This document shows positions 9,376 to 18,030 of a stretch of 44,176 nucleotides of DNA, piece after piece. The position numbers and the translations under genes are program-made. Below the pieces are notes generated by a model. That model ran no database searches and was not told the DNA's origin. It saw only the letters and a program-made list of their open reading frames with translations. How positions within the stretch are numbered: position 1 is the stretch's first letter; each line of letters opens with the position of its first letter. This DNA is from Cyanophora paradoxa CCMP329 (Eukaryota > Plantae > Glaucophyta): assembly GCA_004431415.1 (NCBI GenBank), contig QPMI01000431.1, positions 1-44,176 on the forward strand. Direction: 5' to 3'.

Positions 9376-10158
9376 CTACTGCATGGGGGTGGTGTACATA
9401 GACTCGGGGTTTAGGTAGGGCTCGAAATCGGCCTCGTTGTCGTAGGGCTTGAAGGCCAGCTCGGGCGTGCGGCCGGCGAAGCGAAAGGCGCCGACCTTGC
9501 ACTGCTGCACGGCGAGGAAGGACCACTTGAGGCCGAACTTGCCCTCGGGGATGGCGTAGGCGGTGTCGATTTTAACGAGGGCCGCCACCAGGTCTCCGGT
9601 GCCGATGGTGGCGCGCTCGGTGATGAGGTAGTTGGACATGTCGACGACTGGGATCGTCTTGCGCTTGCCCGCCATCGTCTGCGTGCGGATGCGCATGTTG
9701 AGGTACTTGTAGAAGGCCTGGCCCGACTCCTTGTCGACCTTGATGCGCACGCTGGGCGTCTGCAGCACCGAGATCTGATCCTTGGAGAGGGCGCGCCCGG
9801 GCGAGACCTTGAGCTTGGCCTGGTTCTGCTGCACGAACTCGCAGAATTTCGCGTCCAGGGCCTCCAGCAGCTTGAGGAACTCGTCCGCGGCTGGGTTCGT
9901 CTGGCCGTCGACGGCGCTGAGATCGGTGAGGTCCAGCGTGTAGAATCCGCCGTTTTCTTCCATGACGAAGGCCTTCTTCTCGTCGCTCCACGCCTTGCCT
10001 TGCTCGGTGTTGATGCACGGGTTGATCGTGACCATGGGCGGCGCGTACATCATGAGGCCCTGCAGGCCGTCGTACTTGGCCTTGATGCGGCCGTTGGCGT
10101 CGATTTCGAAGGCGAGCTTGGCCGGGTCGATGTCGGAGGCGTTGCGGACGGTGGCCAT
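9376..10158 (-). CDS. NCLDV-type (DUF2738-like) OB-fold single-stranded DNA-binding protein, full-length copy
   Basis: YTLDL...FLKLLEALD...ALVKIDTAY...GKFGLKWSFLAVQ pattern with an acidic/aromatic C-terminal tail. Confidence 0.65.
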   Translation of the reverse strand: MATVRNASDIDPAKLAFEIDANGRIKAKYDGLQGLMMYAPPMVTINPCINTEQGKAWSDEKKAFVMEENGGFYTLDLTDLSAVDGQTNPAADEFLKLLEALDAKFCEFVQQNQAKLKVSPGRALSKDQISVLQTPSVRIKVDKESGQAFYKYLNMRIRTQTMAGKRKTIPVVDMSNYLITERATIGTGDLVAALVKIDTAYAIPEGKFGLKWSFLAVQQCKVGAFRFAGRTPELAFKPYDNEADFEPYLNPESMYTTPMQ

Positions 10159-10271
10159 GGTGTCTGAGCTTAGTGTGCGATCAGCCTAGCGCTAGAAAAT
10201 ATTTAAGGGCACCCCACCCGACTTCAGCTGACCTCGGGTGAGCGCTCAGGTGATTCAGGTAAAACACGTGT

Positions 10272-10541
10272 TCAATTCACCATCAGATCCTCTACGACGG
10301 CTACACGAATCGAGCTAATCTTGAACCTGCCTACAATGCACTTATCTCTCCAGAGTACGAGCTCGTTCTTGAGGGGGAGGAGCTCAATCCAATCGTACTC
10401 ATCGCCCTTGCGGTGCTCCGAAGAAATGTCGCGAAGGAGCTTGCAGAAGTAGAACGTGTTGCGCCTGAAATCATCGTCGTGCATTACGTACGCGAAGATG
10501 CCGAAGGTGAGGCAGCAGGTGAAGTAGGTGGGGGTGCACAT
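10272..10541 (-). CDS. Hypothetical 89-aa protein, N-terminal hydrophobic segment (copy 1)
   Basis: Identical copy at 14094-14363; flanked by TCANNTGA arrays. Confidence 0.5.
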   Translation of the reverse strand: MCTPTYFTCCLTFGIFAYVMHDDDFRRNTFYFCKLLRDISSEHRKGDEYDWIELLPLKNELVLWRDKCIVGRFKISSIRVAVVEDLMVN

Positions 10542-10680
10542 TCTCGGTTTCTCTTGGCTGTGAAGTGTGAGAGCGATGCGGCGCGGCCGAGGTTTTAACG
10601 GGCTTCAGGTGAGCGCTCAGCTGAGGGTCAGGTGAGCGCTCAGATGAGGAGGGGGGGAGAAGTGACGCGGACGCAAAAGA

Positions 10681-10735
10681 TTCCGTCATGGACGATTCCG
10701 TCATGGACTGGAACTTGGACTCGGGACTCGGGCCC
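10681..10735 (+). promoter_or_regulatory. Dispersed ~55-90 bp module TTCCGTCATGG x2 + CTGGAACTTGGACTCGGGACTCGG (copy 1 of 5)
   Basis: Other copies at ~12496-12558 (+), ~13901-13955 (-), ~15289-15351 (-), ~15545-15600 (-). Confidence 0.75.
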
Positions 10736-10801
10736 AGGTCCCCGCCGAGTAAAAAAATAAACTCAAACTTGGCGCCATTTTCTGATGCAAGTCTACCCAC
10801 C

Positions 10802-11356
10802 ATGGAGCCCGCCATCTCCCAGCTAGTCTCCCAGGGCGCCAAGCTCGACAAGGCCCTCAACATCTACCTTCAGCTGATCGAGCTGGCCTGGCCGGAGCCA
10901 ATGATAGCTCAGGCCTGCAAATCGCTCCACGTGGCGTTCGATGCGCCGTTCTCAGGTGACCCGGATCATGTGACATCCTGGACCAAGGAGGAGATAAAAG
11001 CCGACTTCGTGGCGCTTTTCTCATTTATGAGCAAGAAGTATGCAGAAATTGAAGCAGCCAAAGCCTCAGCCGCAGCCGAAGTCGAAGGCGCAGAAGGCAC
11101 TGAAGCCTCAGCCCAAGGCTCTGGGATTCGCGTACCCCGACCTGGAGAGAAAGTAGGTGGCGGGCTCCTGCCCGCTGGGCGCCTCTCCGGCTGCCGCGAA
11201 TCGCCTCGGCGGCGCCTCCATCCCTCCTTTAGCTGGTTAGCCGCGCGTCCGTTAGGAATCCGCTCCGTGGGTCGGTTCGGCGAGCCACTCCAGCGGACAC
11301 CAGCGGCGGCTTTAGCAGCTGCTCTCTCGTTCAGCCCAAGCACTTCTCTGCGGTAG
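10802..11356 (+). CDS. Hypothetical protein (copy 1); start revised to ATG 10802
   Basis: CCATTTTCTGA lies 20 nt before ATG 10802. The track start at 10688 falls inside a non-coding repeat module. Confidence 0.5.
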   Translation: MEPAISQLVSQGAKLDKALNIYLQLIELAWPEPMIAQACKSLHVAFDAPFSGDPDHVTSWTKEEIKADFVALFSFMSKKYAEIEAAKASAAAEVEGAEGTEASAQGSGIRVPRPGEKVGGGLLPAGRLSGCRESPRRRLHPSFSWLAARPLGIRSVGRFGEPLQRTPAAALAAALSFSPSTSLR

Positions 11357-12039
11357 CGATCGGCCGCCCGCGGCTATGGGGTCGGCGACCTGCGCTGCGC
11401 CCGCGCAGATGATCGTCGGTCGTGTGAGTGCACGCCCGCGTCGCGGCCGTGGGCGTCGCGGCCGCACAGATGCTTGGATTCCTGGCGAGGCGATGTGCTT
11501 CTGAGCACTCGGGCGGCCCGGGGCCTCCCAACCCCCGCCGCAGCGGATTCCGCGTGCGCACGCGCGCCAGCTGGAGGAGGTATCTCTCGGCCGAGGAGCA
11601 CAGCTTGCTGGTCTCGGCTGGCGACGCTGTGCGCCCGCCGGTTTTCACCCGGGCTCTCACGGGCTCCGGTTTCCGGCCCTCCCTGGGGTTAGCTGGCTTT
11701 GTTCCCTTAGTGTGCATCTTCCCTATCAGATGGAGGGCTATAGTTCAGGCTGCGCGGCTCCAACCCCATATCCTCGCTTATACCTGGGTTCTCTCCTGTA
11801 GGCTCCCACGTCTTGAGGGGGGGTTATGGTTGCTCTGTCCTGATTTGGCTCTCTAGGTAGGAGTAAGTAGCGTTGCTAGGTGTGTGTAGGTCGCTTTCCT
11901 CAGTACAATAGCTCCACCCTGTCCGGTTTCTGATGGCTAGCATTGCGCCTTAGCCTAAATTGTTACCTTTCGACATGACACAGTCAGACACCCCAGTTAC
12001 ATCACTAGCTGTACTGTCTCGGTGTGTGCGAATTCAGTG

Positions 12040-12399
12040 ATGCAGCCCAAGGCTCTACCGGCGACGAAGGCACCGAAGTTCAAGGCGCTGGGCCCTCTGC
12101 AGAGGGCGAAGGCCAAGGCCGACCTGCTTCCGCGTAGGCCCAAGGACATAGCCAAGGAAGCAAGCAGCCACAGGCCCGACTGGCCGGCGCCGGCGCCCTA
12201 CCGCTACCTCAAGCTGGACAAGAGCAACGATACTGGCTTCACTAGGAGAAGGTGGCCTGAGCCCCTTCGGTGGCTGAAGCCAAGGGAGATCAAGTCTGGA
12301 GGCGGTATCGAGCTAGCGCTAGCGCTAGGAGGAGGCGGTGCAGACTTAGAGGAGCAAGCGCTGCTAGATACCATCAACTTGGGCCAGGTAGAGCTGTGA
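12040..12399 (+). CDS. Hypothetical K/P/A-rich protein in the spacer between the inverted arms
   Basis: 119-aa ORF with viral-like AAG/GCC usage in its 5' half; no recognisable domain. Confidence 0.35.
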   Translation: MQPKALPATKAPKFKALGPLQRAKAKADLLPRRPKDIAKEASSHRPDWPAPAPYRYLKLDKSNDTGFTRRRWPEPLRWLKPREIKSGGGIELALALGGGGADLEEQALLDTINLGQVEL

Positions 12400-12407
12400 T
12401 AGCTATC

Positions 12408-12558
12408 TGGTATCGATATCTAGCTAGCTAGCGCTAGCCTAGCGCTTGCTTAATTAATTAACTGAAAGGTTGCGGAGGTTGCGGACGCGTCACAATTCCG
12501 TCATGGGCGGTTCCGTCATGGGCTGGAACTTGGACTCGGGACTCGGCCGGGACTCGGC
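12408..12558 (+). repeat. 151-bp inverted repeat, left copy (partner 15289-15439)
   Basis: TGGTATCGATATCTAGCTAG...GGGACTCGGC is the reverse complement of 15289-15439, with one mismatch seen. Confidence 0.9.
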
Positions 12559-13279
12559 GTAAAAAAATACACGTGTTTTTTGTCAAGTTTAACGTACCAA
12601 CTCGTTAACGTCTGAATTCGCACACACCAAGACAAATGGCTAAGGATAAAACTGATGTGTCCATCTGTGTCAAGTCGAGAGATGAGCCTACGGGACTAAG
12701 CCTTTCGGACATCGGACCGGGTGGAGCTATTATACTGGAGAAAGAGCCTATACCTGCCTAGAAACGCTGCCTACACCTGCCTAGAGAGCCGAAGCAGAGC
12801 TGAGCTACTATAACCCCCCTCAGGACAAGGGCGCCTACAGAGAGGACCGATGTATAAGCGAGGATGAGGTCGAAGCGGCTGAGCCTGAACTATAGCCCTC
12901 AGTTTGGTAGGGAGGAAACGTACTAAGAAAGCAAGGAGATCTAACCCAGGGAGGGCCGGAAACCGGAGCCCGTGAGAGCCCGGGTGAAAACCGGCGGGCG
13001 CACAGCATCGCCAGCCGCAGCCAGCGACCCGTGCTCCTTGGCCGAGAGATACCGCCTCCAGCTGGCGCACACGCGCGCGCGCGGGGAGTCCGCTGCGGCG
13101 GGGGTTGGGAGGCCCCGGGCCGCCCGAGTGCTCAGAAGCACGTCGCCTCGCCAGGAATCCAAGTATCTGTGCGGCCGCGACGCCCACGGCCGCGACGCGG
13201 GCGCGCAATCACACGACCGACGATCATCTGCGCGGGCGCAGCACAGGTCGCCGGCCCCATAGCCGCGGGCGGCCGATCG

Positions 13280-13834
13280 CTACCGCAGAGAAGTGCTTGG
13301 GCTGAACGAGAGAGCAGCTGCTAAAGCCGCCGCTGGTGTCCGCTGGAGTGGCTCGCCGAACCGACCCACGGAGCGGATTCCTAACGGACGCGCGGCTAAC
13401 CAGCTAAAGGAGGGATGGAGGCGCCGCCGAGGCGATTCGCGGCAGCCGGAGAGGCGCCCAGCGGGCAGGAGCCCGCCACCTACTTTCTCTCCAGGTCGGG
13501 GTACGCGAATCCCAGAGCCTTGGGCTGAGGCTTCAGTGCCTTCTGCGCCTTCGACTTCGGCTGCGGCTGAGGCTTTGGCTGCTTCAATTTCTGCATACTT
13601 CTTGCTCATAAATGAGAAAAGCGCCACGAAGTCGGCTTTTATCTCCTCCTTGGTCCAGGATGTCACATGATCCGGGTCACCTGAGAACGGCGCATCGAAC
13701 GCCACGTGGAGCGATTTGCAGGCCTGAGCTATCATTGGCTCCGGCCAGGCCAGCTCGATCAGCTGAAGGTAGATGTTGAGGGCCTTGTCGAGCTTGGCGC
13801 CCTGGGAGACTAGCTGGGAGATGGCGGGCTCCAT
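13280..13834 (-). CDS. Hypothetical protein (copy 2 of 10802-11356)
   Basis: Identical translation within the inverted arm. Confidence 0.5.
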   Translation of the reverse strand: MEPAISQLVSQGAKLDKALNIYLQLIELAWPEPMIAQACKSLHVAFDAPFSGDPDHVTSWTKEEIKADFVALFSFMSKKYAEIEAAKASAAAEVEGAEGTEASAQGSGIRVPRPGEKVGGGLLPAGRLSGCRESPRRRLHPSFSWLAARPLGIRSVGRFGEPLQRTPAAALAAALSFSPSTSLR

Positions 13835-14093
13835 GGTGGGTAGACTTGCATCAGAAAATGGCGCCAAGTTTGAGTTTATTTTTTTACTCGGCGGGGACCT
13901 GGGCCCGAGTCCCGAGTCCAAGTTCCAGTCCATGACGGAATCGTCCATGACGGAATCTTTTGCGTCCGCGTCACTTCTCCCCCCTCCTCATCTGAGCGCT
14001 CACCTGACCCTCAGCTGAGCGCTCACCTGAAGCCCGTTAAAACCTCGGCCGCGCCGCATCGCTCTCACACTTCACAGCCAAGAGAAACCGAGA

Positions 14094-14363
14094 ATGTGCA
14101 CCCCCACCTACTTCACCTGCTGCCTCACCTTCGGCATCTTCGCGTACGTAATGCACGACGATGATTTCAGGCGCAACACGTTCTACTTCTGCAAGCTCCT
14201 TCGCGACATTTCTTCGGAGCACCGCAAGGGCGATGAGTACGATTGGATTGAGCTCCTCCCCCTCAAGAACGAGCTCGTACTCTGGAGAGATAAGTGCATT
14301 GTAGGCAGGTTCAAGATTAGCTCGATTCGTGTAGCCGTCGTAGAGGATCTGATGGTGAATTGA
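14094..14363 (+). CDS. Hypothetical 89-aa protein (copy 2)
   Basis: Identical to 10272-10541. Confidence 0.5.
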   Translation: MCTPTYFTCCLTFGIFAYVMHDDDFRRNTFYFCKLLRDISSEHRKGDEYDWIELLPLKNELVLWRDKCIVGRFKISSIRVAVVEDLMVN

Positions 14364-14476
14364 ACACGTGTTTTACCTGAATCACCTGAGCGCTCACCCG
14401 AGGTCAGCTGAAGTCGGGTGGGGTGCCCTTAAATATTTTCTAGCGCTAGGCTGATCGCACACTAAGCTCAGACACC

Positions 14477-15163
14477 ATGGCCACCGTCCGCAACGCCTCC
14501 GACATCGACCCGGCCAAGCTCGCCTTCGAAATCGACGCCAACGGCCGCATCAAGGCCAAGTACGACGGCCTGCAGGGCCTCATGATGTACGCGCCGCCCA
14601 TGGTCACGATCAACCCGTGCATCAACACCGAGCAAGGCAAGGCGTGGAGCGACGAGAAGAAGGCCTTCGTCATGGAAGAAAACGGCGGATTCTACACGCT
14701 GGACCTCACCGATCTCAGCGCCGTCGACGGCCAGACGAACCCAGCCGCGGACGAGTTCCTCAAGCTGCTGGAGGCCCTGGACGCGAAATTCTGCGAGTTC
14801 GTGCAGCAGAACCAGGCCAAGCTCAAGGTCTCGCCCGGGCGCGCCCTCTCCAAGGATCAGATCTCGGTGCTGCAGACGCCCAGCGTGCGCATCAAGGTCG
14901 ACAAGGAGTCGGGCCAGGCCTTCTACAAGTACCTCAACATGCGCATCCGCACGCAGACGATGGCGGGCAAGCGCAAGACGATCCCAGTCGTCGACATGTC
15001 CAACTACCTCATCACCGAGCGCGCCACCATCGGCACCGGAGACCTGGTGGCGGCCCTCGTTAAAATCGACACCGCCTACGCCATCCCCGAGGGCAAGTTC
15101 GGCCTCAAGTGGTCCTTCCTCGCCGTGCAGCAGTGCAAGGTCGGCCCCCTCTATTTCACTTGA
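14477..15163 (+). CDS. SSB copy lacking the C-terminal tail
   Basis: Identical to the 9376-10158 product up to ...QQCKVG, then PLYFT* from unrelated AT-rich DNA. Confidence 0.6.
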   Translation: MATVRNASDIDPAKLAFEIDANGRIKAKYDGLQGLMMYAPPMVTINPCINTEQGKAWSDEKKAFVMEENGGFYTLDLTDLSAVDGQTNPAADEFLKLLEALDAKFCEFVQQNQAKLKVSPGRALSKDQISVLQTPSVRIKVDKESGQAFYKYLNMRIRTQTMAGKRKTIPVVDMSNYLITERATIGTGDLVAALVKIDTAYAIPEGKFGLKWSFLAVQQCKVGPLYFT

Positions 15164-15288
15164 AGGTAATTTCAAGTTCCCAATGACATCATACTCAAGT
15201 TGCTATGACATTATCGTAATTCACAATCAATGAATGCTTAAATGTAGTATAGGGGTACGTTGTTTTTGTTCAAGTCTCGAACTTACCG

Positions 15289-15439
15289 GCCGAGTCCCGG
15301 CCGAGTCCCGAGTCCAAGTTCCAGCCCATGACGGAACCGCCCATGACGGAATTGTGACGCGTCCGCAACCTCCGCAACCTTTCAGTTAATTAATTAAGCA
15401 AGCGGTAGGCTAGCGCTAGCTAGCTAGATATCGATACCA
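15289..15439 (-). repeat. 151-bp inverted repeat, right copy
   Basis: Reverse complement of 12408-12558. Confidence 0.9.
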
Positions 15440-15453
15440 CCTAGCTAGTAGCA

Positions 15454-15494
15454 CTTGGACATTTGGACACTTGGACATTTGGACATTTGGACAT
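15454..15494 (+). repeat. 8-bp tandem repeat (TTGGACAY) x5
   Basis: CTTGGACATTTGGACACTTGGACATTTGGACATTTGGACA. Confidence 0.9.
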
Positions 15495-15682
15495 AGGGGG
15501 TACCCCCGCCGAGTTCAAGTCTCGAACTTACCGGCGAGGGTCTGGGCCCGAGTCCCGAGTCCAAGTTCCAGCCCATGACGGAACAGCCCATGACGGAATC
15601 TTCCGCGTCCGCGTCACTTCTCCCCCCTCCTACGTTCGCAGCCGCCGGGCGCCCCCACAATTTTCCGAGGTACCCAGCAAGC

Positions 15683-15973
15683 ATGGACTTTACTGACTGC
15701 GCAGGTATCAAGCAGGAGCCCGAGGACCTTCTCTCCGTTGCCGCCGCCTCCGCCCCCAAGCAGCGCCGCCGCCGCGGGCCCAAGTCCCTCAGCTCCGAGC
15801 CCGAGATCCTGGCGACGCCGGCCCGCGAGCCAGAGACCGTGGACTTGACCCTGGAGGAGCCCGCGCGCGGCCCGCCCCGCCTCCTGATCCTGGCCGCGGC
15901 GGCCGCGGCGCTCTACTACGCGGCCCGGCGCCTGGGCCCGCAGCTCTCGGGCCTGGCCCGGAACCTTTTCTAA
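15683..15973 (+). CDS. Small membrane protein; start revised to ATG 15683
   Basis: AATTTTCCGA lies 18 nt upstream; hydrophobic LLILAAAAAALYYAA. Confidence 0.55.
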   Translation: MDFTDCAGIKQEPEDLLSVAAASAPKQRRRRGPKSLSSEPEILATPAREPETVDLTLEEPARGPPRLLILAAAAAALYYAARRLGPQLSGLARNLF

Positions 15974-15983
15974 GTCTTGCCCA

Positions 15984-16325
15984 ATGGAGGCCCTGCTAGA
16001 TCTCATGGCCTTTGCGCTGCCCATCTTCTTCCTAGTGGGCCTCAGCCGCATGGAGCGCGAGGCGCGCCAGCCCGAGCGCGTCGAGCGCGGCCTCACCCCC
16101 GAAGAGCAGCGCGGCCTCACCGAGTGGGACCTGGCGCTCATGGCCGGCCGCATGCTCGACGGCAACTGGCTCGAGCCGGGCCACTGCCTCAAGCTAGAGG
16201 ACGGCGGCACGGCCGTCTGGACGGGCGAGGCCTGGACGCACGACTCGACGGGCGAGCCGATGAAGCTGCTCGCCTCCGGCAACAAGTACTGGCGCGGCGA
16301 CTCGATGGAGTACCGGCGGCCGTGA
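15984..16325 (+). CDS. Hypothetical protein with N-terminal signal or TM segment
   Basis: TTTTCTAA 14 nt upstream; LMAFALPIFFLVGL. Confidence 0.6.
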   Translation: MEALLDLMAFALPIFFLVGLSRMEREARQPERVERGLTPEEQRGLTEWDLALMAGRMLDGNWLEPGHCLKLEDGGTAVWTGEAWTHDSTGEPMKLLASGNKYWRGDSMEYRRP

Positions 16326-16351
16326 TTTTCTAGCCCTTCTACCAGCAAAGA

Positions 16352-16636
16352 ATGGCTGACCCCTCGCCCGACCCGGCCGCAGGCGTCGAGAGCGCGGGCA
16401 GCTCGGACGAGTACTCCGAGCTCACGGACCCCGACCCCGACGAGCCCGGCGACGCCTTCGCGACCGAGAACGAGCGCTCCCTCATGCGCATCTACGAGTC
16501 CCTGCGCGAAGCTATCTACTGGGAGGACCCGCGCCTGGGGACCCTCATGAACTTCTCCAAGTTTGCCGAGTTCATGTTCGCTATGACCGTGCCCTTTACC
16601 CGAGTCGTGCTCTGGGATAGGAACAGGAACTGGTAG
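16352..16636 (+). CDS. Hypothetical acidic protein
   Basis: GATTTTCTAG 22 nt upstream; viral codon usage. Confidence 0.6.
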   Translation: MADPSPDPAAGVESAGSSDEYSELTDPDPDEPGDAFATENERSLMRIYESLREAIYWEDPRLGTLMNFSKFAEFMFAMTVPFTRVVLWDRNRNW

Positions 16637-16652
16637 TATTGAGTACAGAGCC

Positions 16653-17056
16653 CTACGAGCTAGAGCTGCTATCGCCCGAGTCCAGGCGCGCCTTCTTGGC
16701 CTTGGAGCGGCGGAGGCGGGAGACGTACTGCAGGCGCAGGTTGCGCACGAGCAGCTCGCCGGCCGTGGTGCCCGGCAGCCCGGGAACCGCGTCCGTGGGC
16801 AGCAGCTGGCCCTCGCGTATAGCCTTGTACGTCTTGCGCTTGTTGAATGCAACCTTCTCCGTATCTTCCGTGCCGTCGTACTCGGACGTGGGAAGGAACT
16901 GCGAGGCGGTCTTGGGGACTTCTAGAACCAGCGCGCGCTTGGCCTTCTTGATGGAGACTGCGTTCGCGCGCTCCAGCTTGACGCCGGGCTCCAGGGGGGT
17001 AGCGGCGACTTCGTTCTCAGCGAAGGAGACACGGGGGAAGAGCCGCCGCGGGGCAT
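16653..17056 (-). CDS. Hypothetical basic protein (not in track; 1-nt frameshift in a homopolymer run near 17035)
   Basis: MPRGGSS-RVSFAENEVAATPLEPGVKLERANAVSIKKAKR...RRSKAKKARLDSGDSSSSS*. Minus-strand TATTTTCTAA lies 27 nt upstream. Confidence 0.55.
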
Positions 17057-17072
17057 GGTTCGCTCGCTTTAC

Positions 17073-17399
17073 CTAGCGTTTAGAAAATAGCGCGCGAGCC
17101 TCGAGCACCAGGAGACCCGCCACAACCGCTGCGGCGATGACCACGGCAACCTTGAGCCAGTGCCAGAAGCGCTCGGCCACGTCCGTGAGCGCGCGGCCCG
17201 CCTTGCCCGGTGCGGTGAGTGCGGAGCCCAGCGCGCCCGCCGCAATGTCCGCCCACGCGCCTCCGTCGCCGCGCAGCACGTTCTCGCGGTTCTTCATCTC
17301 GACTGTGGCGCCGATCGCGGCGTTGAGCTCACCGAACTGCAGCCGCGGCGCGCCCTTGGGCCCAAAGGTCTTGGTGAGCAGCGCGTCGAGCCAGCTCAT
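17073..17399 (-). CDS. Small membrane protein
   Basis: C-terminal VAVVIAAAVVAGLLVL; upstream GATTTTCGAA. Confidence 0.6.
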   Translation of the reverse strand: MSWLDALLTKTFGPKGAPRLQFGELNAAIGATVEMKNRENVLRGDGGAWADIAAGALGSALTAPGKAGRALTDVAERFWHWLKVAVVIAAAVVAGLLVLEARALFSKR

Positions 17400-17428
17400 C
17401 TCTACTAGCTAGCGCTTCGAAAATCTAT

Positions 17429-17926
17429 CTAAATCGCGAAGCCGCGCAGGTACCAGACCATGAGGAGCGAGCCGCCGAGCGCCACGAGCAACGGCAGGTG
17501 CCCGTCGACCGCGCGCCGCGCCTCCCAGGCCCAGATCTCCTGGCGGCTCAGCTCGTTCGCGCCGTCGAAGTAAGCGCTGACGCAGTACTCGCGCGCGGGC
17601 GCAGGCTGCGACCAGAGGCCGGCGCTCAGGCGCGGCGCCCCCTCCCTCTGCTGCTGCGAGGCCAGCGCCGCCGTCGCCGCGTGCGCCGCCTCGCGCTGGC
17701 CCGGGGCGATCGAGACAAGGGGCAGGGGCCCGACGCCGCGGCCCTTGCCCGCAGCCTTTATCGACTTCAGCGCCGGCGGCGCCGGGTCCGCGCCCCTTAT
17801 CTTAGGCCCCTCCGCCCCGCCGCCGGCCTTCGCCCCGCCCCCGCCCTTGGCAGCCTCGCCGATCTTGCTGCAGCGCGAGTCCGATTTGAACACCGTACAC
17901 AACAGCTTCTCTACGGCGTTCGGCAT
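17429..17926 (-). CDS. Protein with C-terminal TM anchor
   Basis: LPLLVALGGSLLMVWYL; upstream AAATTTTCTT. Confidence 0.55.
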   Translation of the reverse strand: MPNAVEKLLCTVFKSDSRCSKIGEAAKGGGGAKAGGGAEGPKIRGADPAPPALKSIKAAGKGRGVGPLPLVSIAPGQREAAHAATAALASQQQREGAPRLSAGLWSQPAPAREYCVSAYFDGANELSRQEIWAWEARRAVDGHLPLLVALGGSLLMVWYLRGFAI

Positions 17927-18030
17927 GTTCAGACGTGTAACGTGAATGAAGAAAATTTAAAAGGGAACGTCGACGGACTTGAGCAACTTGGAAAAGGGAA
18001 AGGGGGGAATGAACGTTTGAAAAGGGAGAG

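Larger units (their letters stand above)
9490..12037. repeat. Left arm of ~2.5 kb inverted duplication (partner 12612-15145)
   Basis: Mirror ORFs (10158/14477, 10541/14094, 11356/13280). Near-identical 9490-11381 (one G-run differs by 1 nt), with scattered mismatches to ~11690 and patchy identity to 12037. Confidence 0.95.
12612..15145. repeat. Right arm of ~2.5 kb inverted duplication
   Basis: Reverse complement of 9490-12037; breaks after ...CAAGGTCGGC at 15145. Confidence 0.95.

Noticed and set aside
12940-13010. Group II intron domain V or hammerhead ribozyme
   Set aside because: The stem-loops lack the DV pairing pattern and the CUGANGA/GAAA core; kept only as a generic structured-RNA candidate.
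9490-15145. RIP-like mutation of the duplicated arms
   Set aside because: The outer 1.9 kb are essentially identical, and inner differences include indels and transversions.
15614-16852. 412-aa minus-strand ORF, and the 16639-17076 plus-strand ORF
   Set aside because: Both are shadows of motif-supported genes on the opposite strands.
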